Below the pieces are notes generated by a model. It saw nothing but the letters and a program-made list of their open reading frames with translations, was not told the DNA's origin and did not search any database. A program made the position numbers and the translations under genes. Shown here in pieces: positions 38,415-47,825 of a stretch of DNA of 64,000 bases. Source of the stretch: a virus; IMG/VR virus record IMGVR_UViG_3300046370_000603; one strand, written 5' to 3'. The number at the start of each line of letters is the position of its first letter. Positions within the stretch are counted from its first letter, which is position 1.

Positions 38415-38716
38415 TCTCTGGTTAATTTTTTAAATTTTTTAGCCAAATCATGCTTGCCTATATCCGATAAAACCATAGCTGTTGAGTATATTTTGGAATG
38501 ATCCTGATTAAAGTTTACTGAGTATCTTGTTAGATTTATTGATATTATAGCTGGACTTATGTTTAAATTTTTTCCATGTATCTCAAATAAATTTTCTAAA
38601 CTTTTGGATACTGCAGCGTCATGGGATTTCTCTAAGATAGTACACTCCCAGTTAGCTGAAGATATATGATACAAGCTTTCAATGTCATTCTCTATTACTC
38701 TATTCTGAAAATTCAT
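38411..38716 (-). CDS. Hypothetical protein
   Basis: Start moved to MNFQ (38716) because the upstream ATG lies inside the predicted promoter. Confidence 0.6.
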   Translation of the reverse strand: MNFQNRVIENDIESLYHISSANWECTILEKSHDAAVSKSLENLFEIHGKNLNISPAIISINLTRYSVNFNQDHSKIYSTAMVLSDIGKHDLAKKFKKLTRE

Positions 38717-38748
38717 TTTGGATTTTTTAAAAAAAATAATTTTAATAA

Positions 38749-38777
38749 ATCTTAACATTTTTATGAAACAATGTCAA
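38749..38777 (-). promoter_or_regulatory. Sigma70-type promoter TTGACA-N17-TAAGAT
   Basis: Read on the - strand at the head of the dNMP kinase-sigma-ssb operon. Confidence 0.7.
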
Positions 38778-38931
38778 GATTTTTTTCATAAAATTTATTT
38801 TATAAATAATATTATATATATATTATAAATTATATTATATAGGGAATTTCATTTTTTTCTTGTAAAAAGTAAGATTTTCAATTATTATCTAAAAAGATTG
38901 GCATTAACCTGTGTAGATTTAAAAGACAAAT

Positions 38932-41382
38932 ATGGAAATAAAAATTAAAAAAAGAAATGGCAGACTAGAAAACTTTCAAGTCGATAAAATTAATGCTAGC
39001 GCCGAGCGAGCCTGTGAAGGCATAACTGATGTATCCGCCAGCGAAATAGTCTTAGATGCTCAACTTCAACTTTTTGATAAGATAACAACCAAGGAAATAG
39101 ACCAAGCTCTTATTCTTTCAGCTAGAGAAAAAATTGAAAAAGAACCTAACTACTCTTTTGCAGCTGCTAGATTATTATTAAACAATCTATACAAAGAGGT
39201 ATTCAAAGAAGGTGTAGACTCTGACGCTTTTAGACTTCAATACAGAAAAAGCTTCATACAGGGCATCAAAAAAATGGTTAAAAATAATCTATTAAACCCT
39301 AAGCTTCTTGATTTTGATCTAAATAAACTTTCCGAAGCTTTGAGAATAAGGAGAGATTTAGATTTTAAATATCTAGGTATTCAAATATTAACTGATAGGT
39401 ATTTTATTAGATTGGATGAAAAATGCATGGAGGCTCCTCAATCTTTTTGGATGAGAGTTGCCATGGGCTTATCCATAAACGAAGATAATAAAGAAGAAAA
39501 AGCTATTGAATTCTATAATTTATTCAGTCAATTTTTATATACGCCATCAACCCCTACTCTTTTTAATAGTGGAACCACACATTCGCAACTCAGTTCTTGT
39601 TACCTTAATACTTTTGATGATAGTATAGATGGTATTTTTGATGGGGCTTGGCAAGAAGCTAGAAAATCAAAATATGCTGGAGGTCTAGGTCTTGACGTAA
39701 CTCCTTTTCGTTCCACAGGCTCTGGCATACAAGGAACTAATGGAATTTCTAGCGGTCTAGTCCCTTGGTTGAAAATTTACAACGATTTACTTATTGCTGT
39801 CAACCAAGGCGGAAAGCGCCCAGGTGCAGGATGCGCTTATTTAGAACCTTGGCATCTAGACTTTGAGGATTTTTTAAATCTTCGAAGGAATACTGGTGAC
39901 GATAGATTAAGATGCCACGACATGAACACAGCGTCCTGGCTTCCTGACGAGTTTATGCGAAGAGTTAAAAACGAAGATGTTTGGTATTTTTTTGACCCCA
40001 AAGATACTAAAGACGAGAACGAAAAAACTCTCCATGATTACTTTGGTAAAGATTTTGATAACCTTTATTGTAAATTATGTAATGACGCAGAGAATGGGCT
40101 AATTAAAAACTACAGAACCACACCTGCTAAAGATTTGTGGAAAAAAATGCTTAAAGTTTTATTTGAAACCTCACACCCGTGGAATACATTCAAAGATCCG
40201 TGCAACATCAGGTACACAAATCAACACGAAGGCACTGTTAAAAGCTCAAATCTTTGCACTGAAATAACACTACACACAAAATCGTCTAAATATGAAGAAG
40301 GAGAAAAAACTGAAATAGGTGAAACAGCCGTGTGTAATTTAGGTTCGATTAATCTACTCAATCATTTAGATCAAAAATCTACTCATGAAGGCACTGGGTT
40401 TTTTATTAACTATGATAAATTAAAATCTACAATACATACGGCTATTAGAATACTGGATAACGTCATAGATTTAAATTTTTACCCAACAAGAGAAGCTAAA
40501 AATTCTAATTTAAAACATCGCCCAATTGGATTAGGTATGATGGCTACTCACGATGTGATGCACAAGCTTAATATTAAGATTGATAGCAACGAAGCGATAA
40601 AGTTTAGTGATGAGATTTTTGAATTTTATTCTTGTAATGCCATATATGCTAGTTCTTTATTAGCCAAAGAAAGAGGCGCCTATGAGACATATGAAGGCTC
40701 TTTGTGGAGCTCTAATATTTTCCCAATAGACTCTTACAACAACTTAATGTCTTATAGAGAAAAAAAACACTCTAAAGAAAATTTAAAAGAATGGAGTGAA
40801 ACCAGGAAGCATGTATCTGAGTTTGGAATGAGAAATTCTAACGTTATGGCTATAGCCCCAACAGCAACTATTGGTTATATCAATGGGGTAGAGCAAAGTA
40901 TAGAGCCTAATTTTTCTGTTCTCTTTGTTTATGAAAATAAAAGTGGAAACTTTTATATCACCAATAGTCATTTTGTTGAAGATATGAAAAATTTAAACCT
41001 ATGGAATAGTGAAATAGCTACTTTTATAAAAAGTATCGACGGAGATTTGTCCTTATCTAGTGACCTTGTTCCTAAAGAATTAAAAGAAAAATATAAAACA
41101 GCTTTTGATCGAGATATGTTTAAACTAATTGAAGCTACCGCTGCTCGCCAAAAATGGGTAGATCAAGCGATTAGTTTTAATTTGTATAATAGTGGCACAT
41201 CATTAAAATACTTAAATGATATCTACATGGCTTGCTGGGAAGCTGGATTAAAAACTACTTATTACTTAAGGAACAGAGCTGCTAGCAAAGTTGAAAAATC
41301 AACTTCTTCTGAAGGTGAACAACCTAAATCTTGCAGCATAGAAGCTATGAAAAAAGGAGAGTCTTGTGAAAGCTGTCAATAA
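38932..41382 (+). CDS. nrdA: Class I ribonucleoside-diphosphate reductase alpha subunit with ATP cone
   Basis: IKKRNG ATP cone, TPTLFNSG..QLSSCY, SSNLCTEI, VCNLGS, AIAPTAT, GLKTTYYLR, C-terminal CESCQ. Confidence 0.97.
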   Translation: MEIKIKKRNGRLENFQVDKINASAERACEGITDVSASEIVLDAQLQLFDKITTKEIDQALILSAREKIEKEPNYSFAAARLLLNNLYKEVFKEGVDSDAFRLQYRKSFIQGIKKMVKNNLLNPKLLDFDLNKLSEALRIRRDLDFKYLGIQILTDRYFIRLDEKCMEAPQSFWMRVAMGLSINEDNKEEKAIEFYNLFSQFLYTPSTPTLFNSGTTHSQLSSCYLNTFDDSIDGIFDGAWQEARKSKYAGGLGLDVTPFRSTGSGIQGTNGISSGLVPWLKIYNDLLIAVNQGGKRPGAGCAYLEPWHLDFEDFLNLRRNTGDDRLRCHDMNTASWLPDEFMRRVKNEDVWYFFDPKDTKDENEKTLHDYFGKDFDNLYCKLCNDAENGLIKNYRTTPAKDLWKKMLKVLFETSHPWNTFKDPCNIRYTNQHEGTVKSSNLCTEITLHTKSSKYEEGEKTEIGETAVCNLGSINLLNHLDQKSTHEGTGFFINYDKLKSTIHTAIRILDNVIDLNFYPTREAKNSNLKHRPIGLGMMATHDVMHKLNIKIDSNEAIKFSDEIFEFYSCNAIYASSLLAKERGAYETYEGSLWSSNIFPIDSYNNLMSYREKKHSKENLKEWSETRKHVSEFGMRNSNVMAIAPTATIGYINGVEQSIEPNFSVLFVYENKSGNFYITNSHFVEDMKNLNLWNSEIATFIKSIDGDLSLSSDLVPKELKEKYKTAFDRDMFKLIEATAARQKWVDQAISFNLYNSGTSLKYLNDIYMACWEAGLKTTYYLRNRAASKVEKSTSSEGEQPKSCSIEAMKKGESCESCQ

Positions 41383-42415
41383 AATCCCAGAAGTTGATTG
41401 GGACTGCCCTAACTTTAAATGGACTAAAGATGTGTGCGAATGGATACCCATGCATTTATCCAATAGCGTAGAAAAAACTCTTAAAAAATGCAAACCTATA
41501 TCAGAATATGATTTTAATTTAAATCCTAAAAACAAAAAAATTCATTTATTTGTTCAATTTTATTTTGAAAAAAACCCCACAAGGCGTCAAGAAATCATAG
41601 ATTCTATACAAAGAAATATAAACAACAAGCACATTGATAAAATTTCTCTACTTTATGAAAACTGTTCTAGAGAAGTTGTTGAAAACACATTTCAATTAAG
41701 AGACAAAGTTTTAGTTCAAAGGTTTCCAACTAGATTAAAATTCCATATGGCTTTTAATTTTATTAAAAAAAATTTTTTAGATGACGAAACAATATATATT
41801 ATCATAAATAATGATTGCTATCTAAATCAAACCGTAAAAAGACTTAAAAATTTAGATTTTGAAAAAAGCGAAAAAGGTTTATTCGTAACTCTCTCTAGGT
41901 TTGAAAATTATTTTGGCACTAAATCTTTAGGTAGAAACCCTATTAGAGATTTTAAAAATGAAAATGAATATAAAAAACTTCCATTCATAGAACCATGGAG
42001 CTCAGACGCTTGGTGTTTTAAATCAAATTCTCTTGAAAAAATTGACACCAAGGACCCTTATACTCAAAGAACCCTCGGAACCGAATTATGCGAAATAATA
42101 CTTACTGATTATTTAATTCGGTCCAATCATTTTAATGTTAAAAACCTAGGTATGTGTGGTTTTATAGAGTGTATTCATCAACATAAATCAAACTCGAGAA
42201 AACCTGAAGATACTCAAAATAATAAAAAAATTACAGACTTCATCCCTGGTATTTTGCCATCTAAATATTTCTTCAGGGATAAAAATAATTCTATTAAAAA
42301 TTGCTGGAGGTTAAGATCTAGCGTAAACTGGCTCGATAAAAATCAAAAAAATCATGAATATCAAGATATTTTTTGTGTAGATCTAATTGATCTACTTTAT
42401 GAAAAAAACCCTTGA
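41366..42415 (+). CDS. Putative GT-A-fold glycosyltransferase-like protein
   Basis: RRQEI...NINN..IDKISLL, IIINNDCY (DxD-like), LSRF, SSDAW; GTG start with AAGGAG upstream. Confidence 0.5.
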   Translation: MKAVNKIPEVDWDCPNFKWTKDVCEWIPMHLSNSVEKTLKKCKPISEYDFNLNPKNKKIHLFVQFYFEKNPTRRQEIIDSIQRNINNKHIDKISLLYENCSREVVENTFQLRDKVLVQRFPTRLKFHMAFNFIKKNFLDDETIYIIINNDCYLNQTVKRLKNLDFEKSEKGLFVTLSRFENYFGTKSLGRNPIRDFKNENEYKKLPFIEPWSSDAWCFKSNSLEKIDTKDPYTQRTLGTELCEIILTDYLIRSNHFNVKNLGMCGFIECIHQHKSNSRKPEDTQNNKKITDFIPGILPSKYFFRDKNNSIKNCWRLRSSVNWLDKNQKNHEYQDIFCVDLIDLLYEKNP

Positions 42416-43421
42416 ATTACTAGATATTAATAAAGCCAAGCACCACATAGCTGGCTGGAGAGAAGTTAGGAATGTCTTTCACAAATCAAATCAATTTTTT
42501 GATTTTGAATCTGGCGCTTCCTTAGCAGATAAAACAAAAGTTTTTTTAGTTTCTTTTATGAGTGAATTTTTAATAAACCCAGACATAAATCAAAAAAAAC
42601 TAAAATATAAAATACTAGAAGATAAACCTTGGATTGGGATAGATCATTTAGTTAACAACCCAGGTCCTTATTTTAAAGACATGTGGAGCCAACAACCTCA
42701 TACTTCTTTAGATTTAATTAATGAGTATGATAAACTTGGCTTACTTAAAAATTGCAAAGCTATGATTTTCATGAGTGAGAATCAAAAAAATATAGCTTCT
42801 CATTTTAAAGCTCTTAAAAATATTCCTACGTTTGGATTAATGCATCCAATAATCAGTAATAACCCTACTGTTTTTAAACCTGAATTATACCTACAAGATA
42901 AAAGACACGTAGTTCAACTTGGTTGGTCTCAGAGAAATCATTCTTTTTTTAATGATTTTAAATTAAATCCTGATAAATTTAAAAAATCTTTTATGTTTGG
43001 TTCTCTTAAATCCACTCAACCTTATTGCTATAAACACCAGGCTTTTGAAGAAGACTTAAAATATCACAAATCAACTTTATCTTGCGAAGTTCTACCGATG
43101 CTATCAGATCAAGAATGCAATAACATTTTATCAAAATCCATAGTTTTCCTAAACTTATATGATGCTGTTGCTAATAATGGAATACTTGATTGCATAGAAA
43201 GATGCACTCCTGTTATCGTTAACAGATCCCCTTCTTCAGAAGAATATCTTGGGAAAGACTACCCTCTTTTTTATAACAATAATTCTTCTCGGGAAGAAAT
43301 TTTAACTCTATTTAGGGATAAAAGAATTATTAAAGCTCATAAGTATTTATTAAATTTAGATAAAACTAAATTTAGTATAAATAAATTCATGAATTCAATT
43401 AAAAAAATAGCAAATATCTAA
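42399..43421 (+). CDS. Putative GT-B-fold glycosyltransferase
   Basis: IVFLNLYDAVANNGILDCIERCTPVIVN...EEYLGKDYPLFY C-terminal pattern; ATG 42399. Confidence 0.55.
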   Translation: MKKTLELLDINKAKHHIAGWREVRNVFHKSNQFFDFESGASLADKTKVFLVSFMSEFLINPDINQKKLKYKILEDKPWIGIDHLVNNPGPYFKDMWSQQPHTSLDLINEYDKLGLLKNCKAMIFMSENQKNIASHFKALKNIPTFGLMHPIISNNPTVFKPELYLQDKRHVVQLGWSQRNHSFFNDFKLNPDKFKKSFMFGSLKSTQPYCYKHQAFEEDLKYHKSTLSCEVLPMLSDQECNNILSKSIVFLNLYDAVANNGILDCIERCTPVIVNRSPSSEEYLGKDYPLFYNNNSSREEILTLFRDKRIIKAHKYLLNLDKTKFSINKFMNSIKKIANI

Positions 43422-44165
43422 ATGGAAAAAATCTTAATATTATCTAATCCAAGAACAGGATCTACATACCTAAAAGACTTATTGCATTATAATAACTGTT
43501 TATTTTTTGATGAATTGATTCACGACAATCTAGATCAACTTAGATATAACCAATACAATAATGTTTCAGATACGCTTAAGAATTTTAACCAAGAAGAATT
43601 CAGTAAAAAAATTTATTCCTCTAAAAGTCCTATAAAAAAAATTAAACACGTAGATAAACTACTAGATAATATATCACATAAAAATAAACAAAAACAATGC
43701 ATAGGTTATAAAATATTTTTGAATCAACTTGGCGATTTCGAAAACTCTAATTATCAAAAAATTTTCTCTTTTTTTGATAAAGTTATATTTTTAAATAGAG
43801 ATTTCGAGTGTCAAATTTTTTCCGAGATGCAGGCTTATTATTACAATAACTACGTAACCTTACATGATAGAAAAATTTTAAATCAAATGAATGAATTAAT
43901 TATCAAAGGTAAAACAAAAAATTTTGTAAAATATATATATAAAACTAATAAGTTTCTTAATGATTTATCTATTAAATATAAAGGTGATAAATTCTTAAAT
44001 TTTGATTACAAAAATTTAAACAAAAAAAAATTAATTGAGAACTTTCTAAACATAAAACTTCCTAAAACCAGACATCCCTTTTCCCCATTACTATACAACT
44101 ACTCTCGTTTTTTTGCTAATAATTCGTGGATAAAAGAATTAAAATGCAAATCCATTACGCCATGA
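43422..44165 (+). CDS. Sulfotransferase (Stf0-like)
   Basis: ILILSNPRTGSTYL 5'-PSB; GYKIF; VIFLNRD...S 3'-PB. Confidence 0.75.
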   Translation: MEKILILSNPRTGSTYLKDLLHYNNCLFFDELIHDNLDQLRYNQYNNVSDTLKNFNQEEFSKKIYSSKSPIKKIKHVDKLLDNISHKNKQKQCIGYKIFLNQLGDFENSNYQKIFSFFDKVIFLNRDFECQIFSEMQAYYYNNYVTLHDRKILNQMNELIIKGKTKNFVKYIYKTNKFLNDLSIKYKGDKFLNFDYKNLNKKKLIENFLNIKLPKTRHPFSPLLYNYSRFFANNSWIKELKCKSITP

Positions 44166-44245
44166 AACATTACTTAATAAACGCAAATCATAAATTTAAA
44201 TATCTATTTTTTAGAATTCCTAAAAATGCAAATTCAACTTTATAA
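44162..44245 (+). pseudogene. Truncated sulfotransferase N-terminus (27 aa)
   Basis: MKHYLINANHKFKYLFFRIPKNANSTL*: stops right after the 5'-PSB motif. Confidence 0.75.
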
Positions 44246-44248
44246 GAA

Positions 44249-44911
44249 ATGATAATATCACATAAACATAAGTTCGCTTATTTTCATAATCCAAAATGCG
44301 CAGGAACTAGTATTGGTAATACTATTGCAAATAAATGGGAGCTATCCAACAATGATATTATAGTGGGAGAATATGGTCAGCCTGCGCCGAGTTTAGTAAA
44401 TGATCCGAGTTCTATTTTTTATAAACAAAAACATATTACAATTTCAAATCTTAATGAAATATATTCTGGCGACATTTCAGGTTATTATAAATTTGGCTTT
44501 GTGCGAAACCCTTATGACATTGCCGTCTCATGGTATAAATTTTGGTTCAAATGGAAAGGAGGCAGTGTAAATAATCAGCCCGCCTATAATAATTGGTTAA
44601 AAATACAGCATATGAATTTTTCTGAATTTGTAAGATGCAAATGGTTTAATAACATTGCAACACCAGCTGATTATTTTTTATGCGACGCAACAAATAAACT
44701 TCTAGTTGATTTCGTAGGTAAATTTGAAAATCTACAACAAGACTTCGATATCATTTGCGACGAAATTAAAATTCCAAAACAAAAACTTCCGCACAAAAAT
44801 AAATCAAATCACAAACACTACACTGAATACTACGATGATGAAACGCGTCAGATTATTGCGAAAAAATACGCAAAAGACATTAAGTATTTTAATTATGAGT
44901 TTACAGGTTAA
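44249..44911 (+). CDS. Sulfotransferase family 2 protein
   Basis: FHNPKCAGTSI; FVRNPYDIAVSWY; GKFENLQQDF; HYTEYYDDE. Confidence 0.9.
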   Translation: MIISHKHKFAYFHNPKCAGTSIGNTIANKWELSNNDIIVGEYGQPAPSLVNDPSSIFYKQKHITISNLNEIYSGDISGYYKFGFVRNPYDIAVSWYKFWFKWKGGSVNNQPAYNNWLKIQHMNFSEFVRCKWFNNIATPADYFLCDATNKLLVDFVGKFENLQQDFDIICDEIKIPKQKLPHKNKSNHKHYTEYYDDETRQIIAKKYAKDIKYFNYEFTG

Positions 44912-44917
44912 CTAAAA

Positions 44918-45841
44918 ATGAAATATAACTGCGTAATACTAAACAATGAAATCTGGCAACTGCATAATAGATTAAAGTACGACTTAGAGTGGTTTGATAA
45001 AGTTATTATTGTGGAAAGCAATAAAACTTTTTCAGGTTGCAAAAAACCTTTTTTTCTCGAAAAGTATAGTGATATATTTAAGGATTTTAAAGATCGTATT
45101 ATTTATAAAAAAAACCGCAATTTACCACTCCCCATTAAAGGAAATTTCCTCATCCCCTTTTCTTTTAAAGGCGAAAACATACCAATTAAAGAAAATAGAT
45201 GGCATGTAGAACACGCTTCAAGAGCATTCGCAAAACAATGCTTACATCTTTTATTAAACGAAAACGACTTTATATGCTTTCAGGATGTTGATGAAATTGC
45301 TTCACATGAAGCATTATCCGAATCTTATCAAAGTGAAAACTATATTACGATGTTAAAATATTTTAACTACAAATCTCATATTTTAAGTAAAAATTCTGAG
45401 AACGATTGGGTTGCTGGGTTTTGTGGAAAATATAAGCATTTAAAACATTTTGATTTTCATGATTTAAGACATTTCTCTAACTTTAAGCACTTTATGTTAT
45501 CGCATGTAGTACCAAGCAGGCTTCTTTGCAATGCTGATGGCAGCAATATTTACCCTCGATATAAATGCCCCCTAAAAAACATAACTATCAGCAAAAAATA
45601 TGGTTGGCATTTTTCAAATATGAATGGCTGCACTCGTAGAGCCTCAAAAATCAAAGCTGACTGCTTCGCTCATGCTGAATTTTCTAAGTCTAAGCCCACT
45701 GATTTAGAAATTGTTACCGAAGAAGTTTTAAACGAATTATTAAACAACTCAAATTTCGCCCCGCAGGTAGACAAAGACATCCCTTCTTTTTTAAAATCTA
45801 CAAAATTCTATTCCTGTTATTTTAATAAAAAATATGATTAG
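44918..45841 (+). CDS. GT17-like (MGAT3-type) glycosyltransferase
   Basis: IIVESNKTFSGxxKP, WxxExxxR, QDVDEI and GWHFS motifs. Confidence 0.75.
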   Translation: MKYNCVILNNEIWQLHNRLKYDLEWFDKVIIVESNKTFSGCKKPFFLEKYSDIFKDFKDRIIYKKNRNLPLPIKGNFLIPFSFKGENIPIKENRWHVEHASRAFAKQCLHLLLNENDFICFQDVDEIASHEALSESYQSENYITMLKYFNYKSHILSKNSENDWVAGFCGKYKHLKHFDFHDLRHFSNFKHFMLSHVVPSRLLCNADGSNIYPRYKCPLKNITISKKYGWHFSNMNGCTRRASKIKADCFAHAEFSKSKPTDLEIVTEEVLNELLNNSNFAPQVDKDIPSFLKSTKFYSCYFNKKYD

Positions 45842-46490
45842 TTTAGTTAAAAAATTTATATTCATTCATGTGCCCAAAACTGCTGGTACTAGTATTGAGT
45901 CTGCGCTCCTAAATTACTTTGGAATTACAAGATCCAATATTTCTGATTTTGAAAAAAATAATTATAATTTATATTATAAATTTCAAACTAACGATAAAAG
46001 CAATCCACGGATTGATGCGCAACATAAATTCATTAAACATTTTACAGATGTTGATATATCTAATTTTTTCACTTTCTCTTTTGTTCGCAATCCTTGGGAC
46101 AGGTTTTTAAGTGAGTATTTTTTTATTAAAAAAAATAATGGATGTGGTTGTAAAAATTTTAATTTTAGTGAAAAATTCCCAACCTTTAAAAAATATGTGC
46201 TTAAAAGTGGCAAATCCTGCTCTTGGTATCCACACGAACTCAATCAATTAGATTTTTTATCTGATGATAGTGGTGATATAAATGTAGATTACATAGGTAA
46301 ATTTGAAAATCTCCAAGAGGACTTCAATACAATCTGCAAAAAGATAGGGCTACCCAATCAACAACTTCCACACACAAACAAAAGCAAACACAAACACTAC
46401 ACCGAATACTACGATGACGAAACTCGTGAAATTGTTGCGGAAAAATACGCAAAAGACATTGAGTATTTTGGGTATAAATTTGGAGAATAA
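45834..46490 (+). CDS. Sulfotransferase family 2 protein
   Basis: FIHVPKTAGTSI; FVRNPWDRFLSEY; HYTEYYDDE. Confidence 0.92.
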   Translation: MISLVKKFIFIHVPKTAGTSIESALLNYFGITRSNISDFEKNNYNLYYKFQTNDKSNPRIDAQHKFIKHFTDVDISNFFTFSFVRNPWDRFLSEYFFIKKNNGCGCKNFNFSEKFPTFKKYVLKSGKSCSWYPHELNQLDFLSDDSGDINVDYIGKFENLQEDFNTICKKIGLPNQQLPHTNKSKHKHYTEYYDDETREIVAEKYAKDIEYFGYKFGE

Positions 46491-47076
46491 GTGTAAAGAA
46501 AATAACATAAGACATGATAAGCCATAAGTATAAATTTATTTTTATTCATCCTAATAAATGCGGAGGTAATAGTATAGAATATTTCTTTCAAGGTTATCTA
46601 AAGGTAGACCATACCCCCTTAAAAGCGTACCAAAGACAATATCCACAAGAATATGATAATTATTTTAAATTCGGATTTTGCAGAAATCCATTTGATAGGC
46701 TTGTTTCTATATACCATGGAAGGACTCAGGGAAAATTAGTACCAATTGACAAGAAGCTCCTCAACTATTCTTTCAAAGAATCTGTAAAATTAGGCGACAA
46801 AGGCGTGATGAAACATTGCCAGCCAATGACAAAACATTGGTTTACGAATCAAAACAAAGACATGGCCATGAATTTTATTGGAAGATTCGAAAATTACCAA
46901 GAAGATTTCAATGTTGTCTGCGACAAAATAGGAATTCCACGACAAGAAATTCCGCACAAAAACAAAAGCAAACATAAACACTACACCGAATATTACGATG
47001 ACGAAGCTCGTGAGATTGTTGCAGAAAAATACGCAAAAGACATTGAGTATTTCGGATATAAATTTGGAGAATAAGT
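46377..47076 (+). repeat. Conserved ~116-bp 3' block shared by adjacent sulfotransferase genes (46377-46492 and 46961-47076)
   Basis: 7 mismatches in 116 nt by manual alignment; a more diverged third copy at ~44798-44902. Confidence 0.9.
46514..47074 (+). CDS. Sulfotransferase family 2 protein
   Basis: FIHPNKCGGNSI; FCRNPFDRLVSIY; HYTEYYDDE. Confidence 0.9.
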   Translation: MISHKYKFIFIHPNKCGGNSIEYFFQGYLKVDHTPLKAYQRQYPQEYDNYFKFGFCRNPFDRLVSIYHGRTQGKLVPIDKKLLNYSFKESVKLGDKGVMKHCQPMTKHWFTNQNKDMAMNFIGRFENYQEDFNVVCDKIGIPRQEIPHKNKSKHKHYTEYYDDEAREIVAEKYAKDIEYFGYKFGE

Positions 47077-47082
47077 AAGGTT

Positions 47083-47760
47083 GTGATTTTAAGTAAAAAA
47101 CATAAATTTATATTCATTCACATCCCTAAAAATGGTGGGACCTCGTTCAGGGCTAATTTTTATAATTGTACATTCAATCCTGAGGCTTGCGAAGTTTGTG
47201 ACTTGAGAAAGGAGTACGGAAATGAAGAGTTGCAAAACGCTAGTCACCCTTTTTATCACCACTCCAAATCTTCGCAAGTTAAAAATAGCCTTAAAAAAAT
47301 AAACTTAAATATAAAAGATTTTTTTACCTTTTCTTTTTCGAGGAACCCTTGGTCAAGAGAAGCTTCAATGTATAAATATTTATTATGGAGCGCAACTCAC
47401 GCCACTTATCAACCTTGGCGCGAAGAATCTTCTGCATTAATCGAAGAATATAACAGTTTTGAAAAATATATTCTTTCTCAACAAAAAGCTTTTTTTGAAA
47501 CAGGTTTTTACAATTCTATACCTGGAGCCCTCGCCCCATCTAGCGCATGGAACAAATATGTGAATAAAGTCTATAAATTAGAAGAATTTAATTCTGCCCT
47601 AAAAGATATATCTTTAAAAATTAATATTCCGTTAAAGCCTTGCATTGAAAATTTTTCAAAAATAAAAAAACGATACCAAGACTATTATAATAAAACTACA
47701 AAACAAATTGTATTCGAAAAATACAAAAATGATATTGATCTCTTTAAGTATTTATTTTAA
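47083..47760 (+). CDS. Sulfotransferase family 2 protein
   Basis: FIHIPKNGGTS; FSRNPWSREASMY; YQDYY...YKNDIDLFKY. Confidence 0.88.
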   Translation: MILSKKHKFIFIHIPKNGGTSFRANFYNCTFNPEACEVCDLRKEYGNEELQNASHPFYHHSKSSQVKNSLKKINLNIKDFFTFSFSRNPWSREASMYKYLLWSATHATYQPWREESSALIEEYNSFEKYILSQQKAFFETGFYNSIPGALAPSSAWNKYVNKVYKLEEFNSALKDISLKINIPLKPCIENFSKIKKRYQDYYNKTTKQIVFEKYKNDIDLFKYLF

Positions 47761-47793
47761 TAAATTTATAATTTTAGTGTATCTCTAATCATT

Positions 47794-47822
47794 GTGATAT
47801 CAGATAAGAATTTGGAGAATAA
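47794..47822 (+). pseudogene. Probable deletion scar of a sulfotransferase gene
   Basis: GTGATATCAGATAAG (M-I-S-D-K-like start) joined directly to AATTTGGAGAATAA, the exact last 14 nt of the genes ending at 46490 and 47074. Confidence 0.55.
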
Positions 47823-47825
47823 AAA

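Noticed and set aside
46377-47076. Diversity-generating retroelement template/variable repeat pair
   Set aside because: Mismatches are mixed, mostly silent transitions and not adenine-specific, both copies are coding, and no reverse transcriptase is in the window.
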